A stretch of 64,000 nucleotides of DNA from Eledone cirrhosa (GCA_964016885.1 OZ024742.1:335606001-335670000); one strand, 5' to 3'; positions 25,341-51,090 are shown, counted from the first letter of the stretch. Translations and numbers: made by a program. Notes: generated from the letters alone by a model not told the origin.

Positions 25341-25709
25341 TTTACATCACACCAATGCTCGCAGTTGACTATTTTTTCACATATTATGAATGAATATAAC
25401 TTTGAAACCTATCGTCAATGATTAGCTTCGAAGAAAAATGAAGGCAGAAAGTGGGTGGAAAAACCATTCACAAAGTTAGTCATCTTCAATTGCTGTGGAA
25501 ATCATATTTGTTGTTAATATGCTAAAAAAATAAGCAATTGCAAGCATTTTGGAGGTCGGATTAGTTGGTAGAACATAAAAAAACAAAGGAAAACAAATAT
25601 TGTGTATATGTTCCTGTGGAAAGTCGGGTGTTCTGTATTACTATGTGATGCCAGAGGTCATGGTCGTGTGTCATTGCCCTTGAGAGGGGCAATTGGGAAA
25701 TTCGGCTTA

Positions 25710-26257
25710 GAAATATTTACTTCTGCGTTCACAGATTGATTTTTTTTTTAGTTTCAGAAGATACCATTAAGGGTGAAGCAGCCGATTCTTTGCTTAAACT
25801 GTTATTTTAATAAATATTTGCTCTACGGTTCTTATATATTTGATATATATTTATCCTTATCGAGCCCTCTTTGGATGTTAGTCTTCAAATTTATTATTAT
25901 TACTATTTGGCTCCCTTGACTTATATTCATCATGCAGAAACATCTGAATATTTCTACAAAGAACATACCCGTACCAAGCAGGAAGAAATACCTAAAACTA
26001 CGTCTCTACGAACCAAAGTATTGCCTTCTTGTCTTCCTTCGGTTGCAACGTTTTTCGAAATATTTACTTCTGCGTTCACAGATTGATTTTTTTTGTTTTT
26101 AGTGTCAGAAGATTCCATTAAGGGTGAAAGCAGCCGATTCTTTGCTTAAACTTTAATCTGTTATTTTAATAAATATTTGCTCTACGGTTCTTATATAATT
26201 GATTTATATTTATCCCTATCGAGCCCTCTTTGGATTTTTGTCTTCATATGTATTTTT

Positions 26258-26262
<5 letters not shown>
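25710..26262 (+). repeat. Direct duplication (~190 bp) of a sequence also found inside the Helitron at 55944-56035
   Basis: gaaatatttacttctgcgttcacagattg...ttaagggtgaa(a)gcagccgattctttgcttaaac at 25710 and 26057. Confidence 0.75.
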
Positions 26263-26297
<35 letters not shown>

Positions 26298-26299
<2 letters not shown>

Positions 26300-26602
26300 T
26301 GAGAGCATTGGCCTTGCAATCGAAAGGTTGTGAGTTCAATTCTCACACCGGGGGATGTGTTGTTTCCTTGAGCAAGACACTTTATTTCACATTGCTCCAG
26401 TTTACTCAGCTGTAGAAATGAGATGATAGGACTGGGGTCCCTATCATTCCACTGCAAAGTGGTCGTGGAGGCAAAAAGCACCCAGCCCACACTGTAAATG
26501 AGGTGTTAGGAAGGGCATCCAGCTGTAGAAATCAAGCCAGAATCAGTTCCCGTCCCACCCTTGCAAGCAGGGAAAAAGTGGACGTAAAATGAAATGACGA
26601 TG
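26298..26602 (+). mobile_element. tRNA-derived SINE (5'-truncated)
   Basis: Same family as 16696-17030. Confidence 0.88.
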
Positions 26603-26604
26603 AA

Positions 26605-26935
26605 TGCTCCCAGCTGTGGTCACCCCATAGTATCAAACTAACCATGGAGCTTGAAGCAATCCAACGAAGCTACACCAAGAAGGTTGCTATGATGAAGGAG
26701 ATAAACTACTGGGAGAGTCTAAAAGAACTGAAACTCTACTCCTCGGAATGAAGACAGGAGAGATATGCAATTATATACATATGGAAAATCCTAGGGGGGG
26801 ACTAAGACCAAACTTTCGCATTGAGAGCTGGACCAATTCTCGAACAGGATGTCACTGTGTGGTACTGAAGGTGCCGTCTTACACATCTAGAATCAGGAGC
26901 AGCTATTGCAATAGCTTGGGGTTCGGCCCTCAACT
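26605..26935 (+). mobile_element. CR1/L2-type LINE 3' fragment
   Basis: LEAIQRSYTK...YWESLKELKLYS..RERYAIIYIWKIL. Same family as 29640-30170, which is in the opposite orientation. Confidence 0.75.
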
Positions 26936-27007
26936 TGGTTTTCAAAATTTAAATTTGTGTTTCCTATTCATCAATGCTTCAAGCAAGCTATAAAACTCTG
27001 TTATATT

Positions 27008-27460
27008 TCATCATCATCATTTTATGTCAGTTCTTCTACGCTAGCATGAGTTGTCCTGTTGTGGGCAGTGTCCAGTCGGCTGACCTTGTCTTGCTCATAC
27101 GGGAACTGATTCTGTCTTGATTTCTACAGCTGGATGCCCTTTTTTTTGCAGTGGAATGATAGGGACCCCAGTCCTATCATCTCATCTCATTTCTACAGCT
27201 GAGTAAACTGGAGAAACTGGAGCAATGTGAAATAGTGTCTTGCTCAAGGAAACAACACATCACCCGGTCCGAGAATTAAACTCGCAACCTTTCAATTGCA
27301 AGCCCAATGTTCTAACCACTGAGCCATGTGCCTTCTATTGTTGGCAATGTTAGGTCAGGTGACCATGTCTTGCTTGTAAAGAACTGATTTTGGCTTGGTT
27401 TCTACAGCTGGATGCCCTTCCTAATGCCAAGCTCATTTACAGTGAGTACTGGGTGTTTTT
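27008..27460 (-). mobile_element. tRNA-derived SINE(s)
   Basis: Reverse complement of the 16696 family (ctaaccactgagccatgtgcct at ~27312-27333), plus a second partial copy 27340-27460. Confidence 0.8.
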
Positions 27461-27649
27461 TGTTGTGATTCCTCCACGACTACTTTACAGTATGGACTGG
27501 GTGTTTTTTACTGTGTCACTATCACAACCACTTTACAGTGTTTCGGCCTGTTCTCGTGAAAGATATATTGGCGGGTGGGATGGAGTGGTGCATACTGTAT
27601 GTATGTTTCAGCCTTGGCCTGGACTCGTGGGAAGTTGGGGTTTCTGTAT

Positions 27650-28292
27650 TACCTCATAACGCCAGAGATCTTGGTCCTGTGTCATAGCCTTTCAGAGGTG
27701 CAATTGGGCAAGGTCGGCTTTTATCACTTCATCTCGAGTCTTTCTGGGACTTTATGTAGCTGTCATCCTTCATACGAATCACATGTCCATACCAACATAA
27801 TCTCCTCTCCTGCACACATTTGATTCCTCTTATGCCTAGTTTCTCTTTCAGTTTGTTTATGCTTTGCTGTTCGCGTATATTACTATTACACATCCATTGG
27901 AGCATACAAGCTTCATTCCTTTCTAATCTACGCAAGTCTTCTACACACAGCGCCCAGCTCTCACTACCATGCAACATTGCCGTTCATATGCACACATCAT
28001 ACAGTCTACCTTTTATTCTGAGGGAAAAGCCTTTTGTATCCAGCTGTGGCAGTAGCTCCCTCAACTTCTTTCAGAACACCCCCCCCCCCTCCGCTGCTAA
28101 TTCGGTATTGTTTTTACCAAGTCCTCCCAGACTTTGATGTCACTTGTTTTCTGTGATTGTTTGCTGCTTACTGTCACATGTAAAGCCTACATTCTTAACT
28201 AAACTTCCTGAGATCCCACTACATCTCTTGTGTACCCATAGTTTGCATATGGGGCAGAGGATCGAGTTTCTACCTACACCTCTCCTACATAA
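27650..28292 (-). mobile_element. RTE-type LINE fragment with Cys-rich PHD-like segment
   Basis: LHGSESWAL..DLRRLERNEA.ML.WMC...RRL.WYGHV.RM and CSLCRRGVGRNSILCPICKLWVHKRCSGI. Related plus-strand fragment at 34870-35290. Confidence 0.8.
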
Positions 28293-28344
28293 TGAGCACA
28301 CACACACACACACACACATACACACACTCACATATATATATATA

Positions 28345-29310
28345 CTAGCCGAATTACCAGCGCCTTGCTGCGTTTCACACATTTTTTTTGTAAGAAAATG
28401 ATGATTGATTTTTAAATCAGTGATATAATTTATGGAGAAAAACTCAATATTACTCAATGTAAAATATAATGCATGAAAAATTGGAAAACATCATTTTTTG
28501 TAATATATCAAATCAAAATTGCATTATTAAATCTTATTCTTATTTTGTTTCTTGTAAATAATTTTTTTTCAAAATATCAATTGAAAACTTTTGTGAATAG
28601 GCATATCTTGTCATTTACCTATGGTTTAAGTTTCATATAAATCGAAAGGGAAACGTTTTCAGCTGGGGTTTGTACCCCTGGGGAACCCTAATAGGGGGTT
28701 TAACCACCATTAAGGTGTCTTAAAGTATTGAAATTTTGTGAATAGGCATCATATCTCTTCATTTATCTATGGTTTAAATTGCATATAAATCGAACCGAAA
28801 AAAATTTCAGCAGGCATTTTGTGCCCCCTGGTGAACCCAAATAGGGTGTTTAACCCCCCTGAAGGTATTGTAATTTTATTGAAATTTGCTGAAATGATGT
28901 GAATAGGTATCATATCTTGTTTACCTATGGTTTAAATCGAAGGGAAAACATTTTCAGCAGGGGTTTGTGCCACCGGTGAACCCTAATAGGGGGTTTAACC
29001 CCCATTAGGGTATTCTAATTTTATTGAAATTTGCTGAAATTTTGTGAATAGGCATCATTATCTTGTCATTTGCCTATGGTTTAAATCTCATATAAACTTT
29101 CAGCGGCGGTTTTGTGCCCCCGATGAACCCTTTGATTAAAATGAAATATACTTATACAAGTACCCTGGCCAATGTAGTTTCAGAATATATATGGTTATGG
29201 GGGTCTATCTCCAAAACCATAGGGGGAGTTCGTAAAATCTTGTTCCATTTATTGGCCAAACTTTTCACTATAGGGAGTTTAACCCCCATTAGGGCGTCTT
29301 AATATTATTG
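28345..29310 (-). mobile_element. Non-autonomous Helitron-like element with internal ~150-bp sub-repeats
   Basis: Minus-strand 3' end: GC hairpin cagcaaggcgctg, then ...cggCTAG|T. Internal repeats of ggtttaaat..aatcgaa..ggggtttaacccc. The 5' end is not defined. Confidence 0.55.
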
Positions 29311-29613
<303 letters not shown>

Positions 29614-29639
29614 ATGATTGTTGCTACACATTCTATCTC

Positions 29640-30170
29640 CAGCCTGTGTTGGCTGGCCATTGATGTAAGAGGGAGTTCGTTGCTGCTGCCCTTAGGTTAC
29701 CTTCGTACCATGATGTGGGCTCATCCTGGATAACAGGGTGTCAAGAAGTTTCTTGAAAATATCCACGGCCACACAATGTAGATCTCTCAAATCCCTCGGC
29801 AGTTTGTTGAAGAGTTGAGGGCCTTTGAACCCCAGTCTATTGCAATATTTGCTTCTTGTTCTAGATGTGGAAGACGGGACCTTTGTCACCACACACTGAC
29901 GTCCTGTTCGGGGGTTGGCCCTGCTCTCAATACCAAAGTTTGGCGCTAGTCCCTCCAGGATTTTCCATATGTATATTACTGCGTATCTCTCCCGTCTTCG
30001 TTCCACGGAGTAGAGTTTCAGTTCTTTTAGCCTCTCCCAGTAGCTCATCTCCTTCATCGTGCAATCCTCTTGGTGTAGCTTCGTTGGATTGTCTCAAGTT
30101 CCGTGGTTAGTTTGATACTATGGGGTGACCACAGCTGGGAGCAATAGTCCAGGTGGCTTAGGACAAATGG
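29640..30170 (-). mobile_element. CR1/L2-type LINE 3' fragment
   Basis: ORF 29692-30057: YWERLKELKLYSVERRRERY..IYIWKIL...GPQLFNKLP.DLR...FKKLLD. Confidence 0.8.
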
Positions 30171-30399
30171 CCTTCATAGTATCAACATGGTCTCCCAGTC
30201 TCTTATATAGAAAACCTCAAGTAAAAAGTCAAGATTTGTTTCGATTTAACAGAGCAGAAAGAATTCGCGTCAGAATATTCCAACCAATCCAGCCTATATC
30301 AGCTGAATAAATATGTATATGGAGATATATATATATACAGACCCACATGCACATATATATTATATACACACACACATACATACACGCATGCATGCATAC

Positions 30400-30745
30400 A
30401 TGATGGCTGCCCCCTCGTTATCGAGTATGGCCATTGCACGATATACCATTATTAATAATTATTAATTAATTCTATCATGCAATGCCTATGCATGAAGATA
30501 TTTTTTTAAATGAGGAAAGACTGCACTGAGCCAATCCCACTCTCTGAGCGACAGCTATAACCCGAAAGAAGAAAATATCAACATCATCGGTAACTACTGA
30601 GCCGCAGGTTTTATATCGGAGTGATCCCAGTTTCCTGAGTTGCCTTCTTCTAGAAGAATGCTCTGACAAAGGCTTGGGGTCCTTCACTCCCAGTGGTTTA
30701 ACCGCGCGATCGGGTGTCCAGCCCGATTATTTCTATGTCCCCGCG
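30400..30745 (-). mobile_element. Short non-autonomous RTE-derived element (5'UTR-like part plus RTE tail)
   Basis: Ends in gcagccatcatgta like the adjacent RTE LINE. Contains agaaggcaactcag...aaacc, resembling RTE 5'UTRs (recall). Confidence 0.45.
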
Positions 30746-31019
30746 CATGTACATACACATGCACCCATGTATATACGCACATACATATACATACATGTGT
30801 ATATACATATTTACACACTTTTGGATGGCCGTTGACTCTTATGAGATCTTCCGCCCTTTGTCAGGTTTTGTCTTTTGTCCTGCAGGGTGTCCAAAATCAC
30901 CCTCCTCACCAAGTAAACTTGGTGGGGTTGCCGGTTTAGTCGCCGACGACCCGACCATGCGACAGGTTGTACTGGGTTACATGTTACTAATAGCAGTCAA
31001 GAGTGACCCGACATACATA

Positions 31020-33478
31020 CTACATGATGGCTGCAAACTCGTGTTCAAGTATTGCCATCGCCCGATAAAATGTTCAAAAATGTGAAGCACAAATTTGACT
31101 CTTTAAACCAGCCAAATACTTGCACACACATGGCAACTTTAGGCTCCCCCGAAACCTTCCATTGCTTTGTTCTGGATGTATGTTCACATGTTCATTTTAA
31201 GACCTCCCATGCTTGTACATTTCTTACACCTTTTCACATCATAATCTACATGAGGTCTACTGATATGACTTTGTTCATGTCTAATCAAACCAGCTTTGAT
31301 CAGGCTGACTCGACCACAGTGCTGGCAAACCAGATGATGTTCAAAAGCAGGCAGTTCAGAACAGTCTCAATCCTCACCTTCCTTTTCAGTGTTAGGTGTT
31401 CTCGCCGACGAGTTTCAAAGTGTTCACCACCTGACTTGATCAAACGTCTCCACTTCACACGCTCATCAACCATTTTCTCCCATTCGTCATGAAATTCCAA
31501 TACAAGCCAAGGTGCTCCTGATACAGTCCCGGTACCGCCTTTTTGGTTTATGTGGTGGTTGCCTTCCTTCACACAGTTCTCCATAGAGAAGTTGCTTTGG
31601 AATACGATCATCAGACATCCGGACCACGTGACTGCACCACCTCATCCGATACCGAAAGATTATGCACTCTATAGTCACGCACCTGTTCCGTTCTAGAACT
31701 TCCAAATCCCTGGCGAACATTTTCCACCACACCCCAAGTAACTTATGAAGAGATTGTTGGTGAAATCTCTCCAGATCCTTGAGGTGCTTTCTGTATGTGA
31801 CCCACGTTTCACAAACATAAAGTAAAGAGGAGACGACACAAGTCAGATACACTTTCACCTTGGTTTCGATAGTGATACCTCGTCTGGCCCATAAACGTTG
31901 ATGCAGCCGTCCAAAAGCATCACTAGCTTTCTTGATTCTTAAGGATATTTCATTATCATGTGTGCATGAAGTGTTCAACGTACTACCAAGGTAAACAAAC
32001 TTGTCAACAACTTTTAGCCTCTTTCCGTACACGTACACACTTGGTGCAGTGTACTTGTTTCCAAGTACTGGCTGATACATCACAACAGTCTTTTACAAGC
32101 TTATTGTGACGCCCAAAATGCTGCAAGCTGCAGAAAAAGAATTGATAATATGCTGCATGTCACTTTGTGAGTGTGCAAAAAGATTGCAGTCGTCTGCATA
32201 CAAAAACTCTCGGATTATAGATGTTAATACCTTTGTGCTTGTACCAAAGCGCCTGGTGTTGAACAACCTTCCTGAAGTGCGATACCTGATGTAAACCCCA
32301 TGAGAACAATATTTGAATGTCATGAGAAACACTATCGTAAAATATAAGGGAAACAGAGTTGGAGCCGGAATGTCCCCCTGCTTCACTCCATTTTCAACTG
32401 ATATTGGTTCAGAGATGCTACCACCAATACTGACCAAAGCCTTCATGTCATCATGGAAAAGATGCAAAATCTTCTACCCTACCTTGGATTTTTTCCCACA
32501 ATGCAGTTCGATTGACAGTGTCAAAGGCCTTTGTCAAGTCAACAAAGACCTGGTAAAGGTCCATACATTGTTCGATACACTTTTCTTGCAGCTGCCGAGC
32601 AGAAACGATCATATCCACTGTTCCTCTTTCGTTTCTGAACCCACACTGTGACTCAGGCAACACATTCAGAGCAACTCTTGGGATCAATCTATCCATCAAT
32701 ATTCGACACGACTTTACCAACTACTGAAAGAAGGGATATGACATGATAATTGCCACATTTGTCCTTGCCGTCCTCACCATGAGCGCATCCTTCTTGTGGG
32801 ACATTATCATCTTCCCACACCATTTTCATGAGGTCAGTCAGGCGCTGCGTGAAGTTTTCACCACCACACTTCAAAACCGCTCCACTCAGACCATCCATAC
32901 CAGGAGACTTACCACAGTTCAGCTTATGCACAACAGAAGTCCCCTCTGCAAGAGAAGATACATTAGCCATCTCATATACTTCACTGGTTCAATAGGAATG
33001 GAACAAATGAAATTGTCATCAACCTGGGATGGTTGGTTTAAGAGCTCATTAAAGTGATCTCTCTATCTGTCGAGTGTCTTTTGGGTCGCGCAGTAATTGC
33101 TTGCCATCTTTCGATCTCAAAGGGGCCACTGGAGAGCTGAAAGGGCCATACACCTCTGTGAGTAGAAAGTGCGGCAGTTTCACATTGTTGCCGTCAGATG
33201 CCACTTGAACTTCATCTGCTTTGTTGCTCCACCAGGTATTTTGCATAGCCCTGAGTTTCACCTGCACTTCCTTCTTTACCTGTCTGTAACACTCATAATT
33301 GTCACCAACAGAGCTACCACCTTTAAGAACTGCATCAAGTGCCTTTTGTTTTCTGTCTAGCAGAGCCTTGACCTCCTGGTCATTCTCATCAAACCAGTCC
33401 TTGTTTTCTTGTGACAAAGCCAAGGACCTCTGCTGAAGCCTCATAGACCGAGCTCCTAAAGTCCTTCCAGTTGTTCTC
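31020..33478 (-). mobile_element. RTE-clade LINE, 5'-truncated, RT pseudogene
   Basis: KSPGMDG, ISLLSVVGK, QCGFRNERGTVDM, FVDLTKAFD, GVKQGD, LYADD, FVYLGS, RIPKQLLYGEL; multiple stops and frameshifts; tail gcagccatcatgta. Confidence 0.95.
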
Positions 33479-34149
33479 ATACACGCTTACATATATACAT
33501 GTATACATACATCCATGTATACATACATCCATACATACATGTATACACACATCCATCCATCCATACATGTATACATACATACAATGGTTAAAGTGTTTGA
33601 CTGACGACCATAAGTTCATGGGTTCATATTTGGGACCGGGTAGTTATTGAATCAACCTGATATCAATGTTTATTATACAGCACACTTCCTCTTTGGTATA
33701 ATACGACACATAGTAATATCTAACATAGTACCTATCTAATCTGTTATAATATGATTTACCTTTCCTCTGTGAAGGCACATGCCTTAGGGGTTACGGTACT
33801 GGACTAACCATAAAAAGTCATGGGCTCGTTTCTTCAATCCTGCAGCATGTTGCGTCCTTCAGTAAAATACTTTAGTTCGTGTAGCATCTTCTACCAGGAC
33901 TTGCGGCAGACAGATACTATCAGTAATGGAAAAAACCTTGTCTCATTAGTATGACCTGGAAATCAGTTCCACTCTATTTATCTTCTTTATTAAAGGCAAT
34001 CAAATTATTTTTTATTTTTTTATTATTTTTATTATTTTTCCATGTTTGTTAAATAAATTCCAAAAAATCGAACTAAATTGAAATTTTGTAATAAAATTTC
34101 CATAAAAGTTAATGTTTACAATACAATAAAATGTAATAAAATGTATTGA

Positions 34150-34440
34150 AGTCGACGAAATGGGGACCTTCATTTTTGAAAGATGGATAATGCTATAAGC
34201 AGACCTTACAATATTGTACCACAATTTTCCTTTGTGCAAAAGTGGGCAGCCGAATTTAGGAAAGGATAGGGGATTCTTGAAGATGACCCAATGTCTGGAC
34301 GTCCTACAACTGCCACTACCGAGGAAAACATTGATCTCAGTACTGCAACACCGATGGAAGACGTGTGTGGAACGCAACGGAGACTATGTTGAAAAATAAA
34401 CCTCATTTGGTCACATTCCATGAGAGTATCTTTGTCAACC
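34150..34440 (+). mobile_element. Internally deleted mariner remnant
   Basis: HRWKTCVERNGDYVEK* C-terminus and an LEDDP.SGRP-like N-terminal motif (gaagatgacccaatgtctggacgtcct). Confidence 0.6.
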
Positions 34441-35471
34441 CTCGTATCTACGCGCAATATACGTAAAGATACAGAATTGCGGGCACTACAACGCTATTAG
34501 CTGTCATATTTGTTGGTGAAAAAAATTTGATTATAAAACTTAAATTTATGAATGACTTGTTTTCTACATTGATAACCATGACTTGTTTTCTAATTAACTT
34601 AAATTTGTTTTCTAATTTGGCCCTTTTAAGGGCCACCTATATTTTCATTTAAGTAACTCCACTTACATCGATATGCTTTATAACCATGACTTGTTTTCTA
34701 TTTGTTTTCTAATTTGGCCCTTTTAAGTCTTCCCTCTCTCTCTCTCCCCTCTCTCTCACTTCCCTATCTCTCCTCTTCCCTCTCTCTCTCAAAAAAACCG
34801 CGTGAAAACTCCACTTACACGTGGTAGTAATACGTGGTAGTAATACGACTATATATGGTGTTTAGTTGTCTTACCAAGATATTTTTGGGCTCCAAAGGTC
34901 AACTTTGAAAGAGGAACAGCAATATTGCATGGTAGTGAGACCTAGGTCCTGTGAAGATTGGAAAGAAATGAAGCCTGCTTGCTTTGATGAAATGTGTAAT
35001 AGTAATATACATGAATGGTAAAGCGTAAATGAACTAAAAGAGAAATTTAGCATTAGAGGAATCAGATGCAGTGTGCATGAGAGGAGATTGCGTTGGTATG
35101 ACCATATGATGTGTAGGAAGGATGACAGCTGTATAAAAAGGAGTAGAGTACTCAAAGTTGATGGAAACTATGGAATAGGAAGACCTGGGATGAGGTGATA
35201 AAAGCTGACCTTGCACAATTGCACCTCTTAAAAGCAACAAAATAGGATCAAGATTTTTGGCGTTATGCAGTAATACAGAAGACCCACCTTCCCATGACAT
35301 CAACACAACTACTTTATAGTGTGGGGTAGTGTATGGCAGGGGAAGGATAGTGGTTAAGTGGTACATACTAGATGTAGGCTTCAATCTGTGTGCATGGGAA
35401 GGCAAGTCTTCTGTATTTATATATAAATGAAAGAATTATATCTTTACTTCAAAATATTTATTTTCTATTCT

Positions 35472-48103
<12,632 letters not shown>

Positions 48104-48189
48104 CTGAAAGGTAATATTTATTGATAGAAATAGTATAAATTATTAGTAAATTCGCAGCCCTTGTAATTCCTCTTTAGGCTCTACATATC

Positions 48190-49203
48190 TTATCTCAACC
48201 ATCACACATCTGATCTCAGCTTCTGTACCACTGATCTCAGCCATCACACATCTGATCTCAGTTTCTGTACCACTGATCTCAGCCATCACACATCTGATCT
48301 CAGTTTCTGTACCACTGATCTCAACCATCACACATCTGATCTCAGCTTCTGTACCACTGATCTCAACCATCACACATCTGATCTCAGCTTCTGTACCACT
48401 GATCTCAACCATCACACATCTGATCTCAGCTTCTGTACCACTGATCTCAACCATCACACATTTGATCTCAGTTTCTGTACCACTGATCTCAGCCATCACA
48501 CATCTGATCTCAGCTTCTGCACCACTGATCTCAGCCATCACACATTTGATCTCAGTTTCTGTACCACTGATCTCAGCCATCACACATCTGATCTCAGTTT
48601 CTGTACCACTGATCTCAACCATCACACATCTGATCTCAGCTTCTGTACCACTGATCTCAACCATCACACATCTGATCTCAGCTTCTGTACCACTGATCTC
48701 AACCATCACACATCTGATCTCAGCTTCTGTACCACTGATCTCAACCATCACACATTTGATCTCAGTTTCTGTACCACTGATCTCAGCCATCACACATCTG
48801 ATCTCAGCTTCTGCACCACTGATCTCAGCCATCACACATTTGATCTCAGTTTCTGTACCACTGATCTCAGCCATCACACATCTGATCTCAGCTTCTGCAC
48901 CACTGATCTCAGCCATCACACATCTGATCTCAGTTTCTGTACCACTGATCTCAGCCATTACACATCTGATCTCAGCTTCTGTACCACTGATCTCAACCAT
49001 CACACATTTGATCTCAGTTTCTGTACCACTGATCTCAGCCATCACACATCTGATCTCAGCTTCTGCACCACTGATCTCAGCCATCACACATTTGATCTTA
49101 GTTTCTCTACCACTGATCTCAGCCATCACACATTTGATCTGAGTTTCTGTACCACTGATCTCAGCCATCACACATCTTATCTCAGCTTCTGCACCACTGA
49201 TTT
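48190..49203. repeat. 42-bp minisatellite (~24 copies)
   Basis: atctcagccatcacacatctgatctcagtttctgtaccactg; open on the minus strand as (ISGTEAEIRCVMAE)n. Confidence 0.95.
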
Positions 49204-49479
49204 TGATCATCGTGCTTCTGATCCCAGTAAATATACCAAGTAATTCGATCTTGGGCACTGTACCACTGGTTTTATCCATAGCAACTCAGATTTTAGGTAT
49301 TGAACTTTTCTTATTAGTCACCATACTGCTATGTAGAGAAATTCTATCACAATCATTTGACAATACACAATAAATTGCCAACAGTAACAGTATCAACAAT
49401 TGTAAATGGCTGGTGCCTCACATATCAATAGATACGTTTAAAAACCACAAACTGTGCAGCTTATGCAAGGGAAGCAACT

Positions 49480-49700
49480 CAGTTGAAACCTTGGTGTAAA
49501 TATATTTACACTGGAGTTTTCACTTCATTTCATATAGCTTCAGTCCACTCAGCTGAAAATGAGTAACAGCAGTAGTTTGGAGATTAAGCCTGCGATGGAT
49601 TGGTGTCCTGACCAAGAGGATATCTTTTACTCTAAGTTACGTAACGCCAATGAAACCAGGATAAGCACTGGTCTGATGAGCTTCTACTCTACGCATAGAG
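49480..49700 (+). mobile_element. Old SINE remnant with Nin/Deu-like domain
   Basis: tccactcagctg..aatgagta, cctgcgatggattgg, gaaaccaggataagcactggtctgatgagc resemble the Nin/Deu-SINE central domain (recall). Confidence 0.5.
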
Positions 49701-49902
49701 GTCTGTACGAGATGTTAGCAACCCGCCCAATATATATCAGTGTATATTTTAAGACAATAACATTGATACACACATACAGATATACGATAGAAAAATTACA
49801 GAAAAACTTAAATACTGGGGTAAACCATTTTGTTTTCTAGCCACAAAGTATCGCTTTTTTCTGTGACGTTTTTCTCGGGTTGATATTTTCGTTCACTTCC
49901 TG

Positions 49903-50172
49903 ACCTGCACCATACAAATGTCTTGTTCACTGGAGCTGAGCTGCACCAGACAAATGTCATCTCCTCACTGGAGCTGCACCAGTGTCGTCTCCTCTCTGCA
50001 GCTGCACCAGATAAATGTCGTCTGCCCACTGGAGCTGCACCAGATAAATGTCGTCTCCCCACTGGAGCTGCACCAGATAAATGTCGTCTCCCCACTGGAG
50101 CTGCACCAGATAAATGTCGTCTCCCCACTGGAGCTGCACCAGACAAATGTCGTCTCCTCACTCGAGCTGGTC
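49903..50172. repeat. 33-bp minisatellite (~8 copies)
   Basis: cactggagctgcaccagataaatgtcgtctccc. Confidence 0.92.
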
Positions 50173-51090
50173 CAGCCATTTCACAGCTATTTTACTTTCA
50201 TTAATTGTTTTTTTGCCTTTCATCCTTACGAGGTCGATAAAATAAAGTACCAGTAATGTACTGGGTAATTGCTGGCCTTGTGCCAAAAGTAGAAACAATT
50301 AATTGTTTTAAACAACAAGGGAGCCCGACCTATTAGGAATAGCAGTCAAATCTACATCAAATTACATCCTTTCTTAAAAAATAAAGCTAAAAAAATGATT
50401 AAATAGAAATTTAATCATTTATGTATTTCATTGATATACTTAATATCTATTTAAAAAGAAAGAACAGCCATATTGGATATTGTAGTCGGAGACATTGTTA
50501 GACGACCTTTGATAAAAACCAACATGGGGCTGAACCATATCTACATTTTACTTTTTTTTCTTCAGGCGTCAACGAAGGAGTTGACCCAACCTGCTAGAAA
50601 TAACAACCAAACTTCACTAAAATTACACTTGAACATTTTTTCTTTTAACATAAACATATTAATGGCAGTGCCCCAGCATGGCCCCAGCCAGTCAGTGTAA
50701 CACACAGAATAGTCCTTAGATCACATAATCAGATATACCATGAGAAGGGAAGGATGTTCTCGTTAGTTTGAGGTTTAAACTTTTTGGTTGTTGAAATTTT
50801 TTCTTGTTTCAATTTATTATATCTGAAGGTGGGGAATTGGTGGAGTTGTTAGAACGTCGGCTACCTTGTCGTATTTGTTTCAACTCTCTTCTCTCTGAGT
50901 TAAAATCTCGCTGAGGTTAACTTTGCCTTTCATCCATTCGGGAGCGATAAAAATGTACTAAAAAGTTTAGTACTGGGGTCAATTCTTCCTCTCTCTATCT
51001 CTCTCACTCTCTCTATCCTTCCCAGAAATCGACTGTGTTTAGAAATGGAGAGGAAATGGACTCCATCAGGTTTAAAGTGTTAAGACTCAC

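Noticed and set aside
49650-49685. GAAA...TC-TGATGA as a permuted hammerhead
   Set aside because: No room for stem I between the motifs; better explained as a Nin/Deu-type SINE domain.
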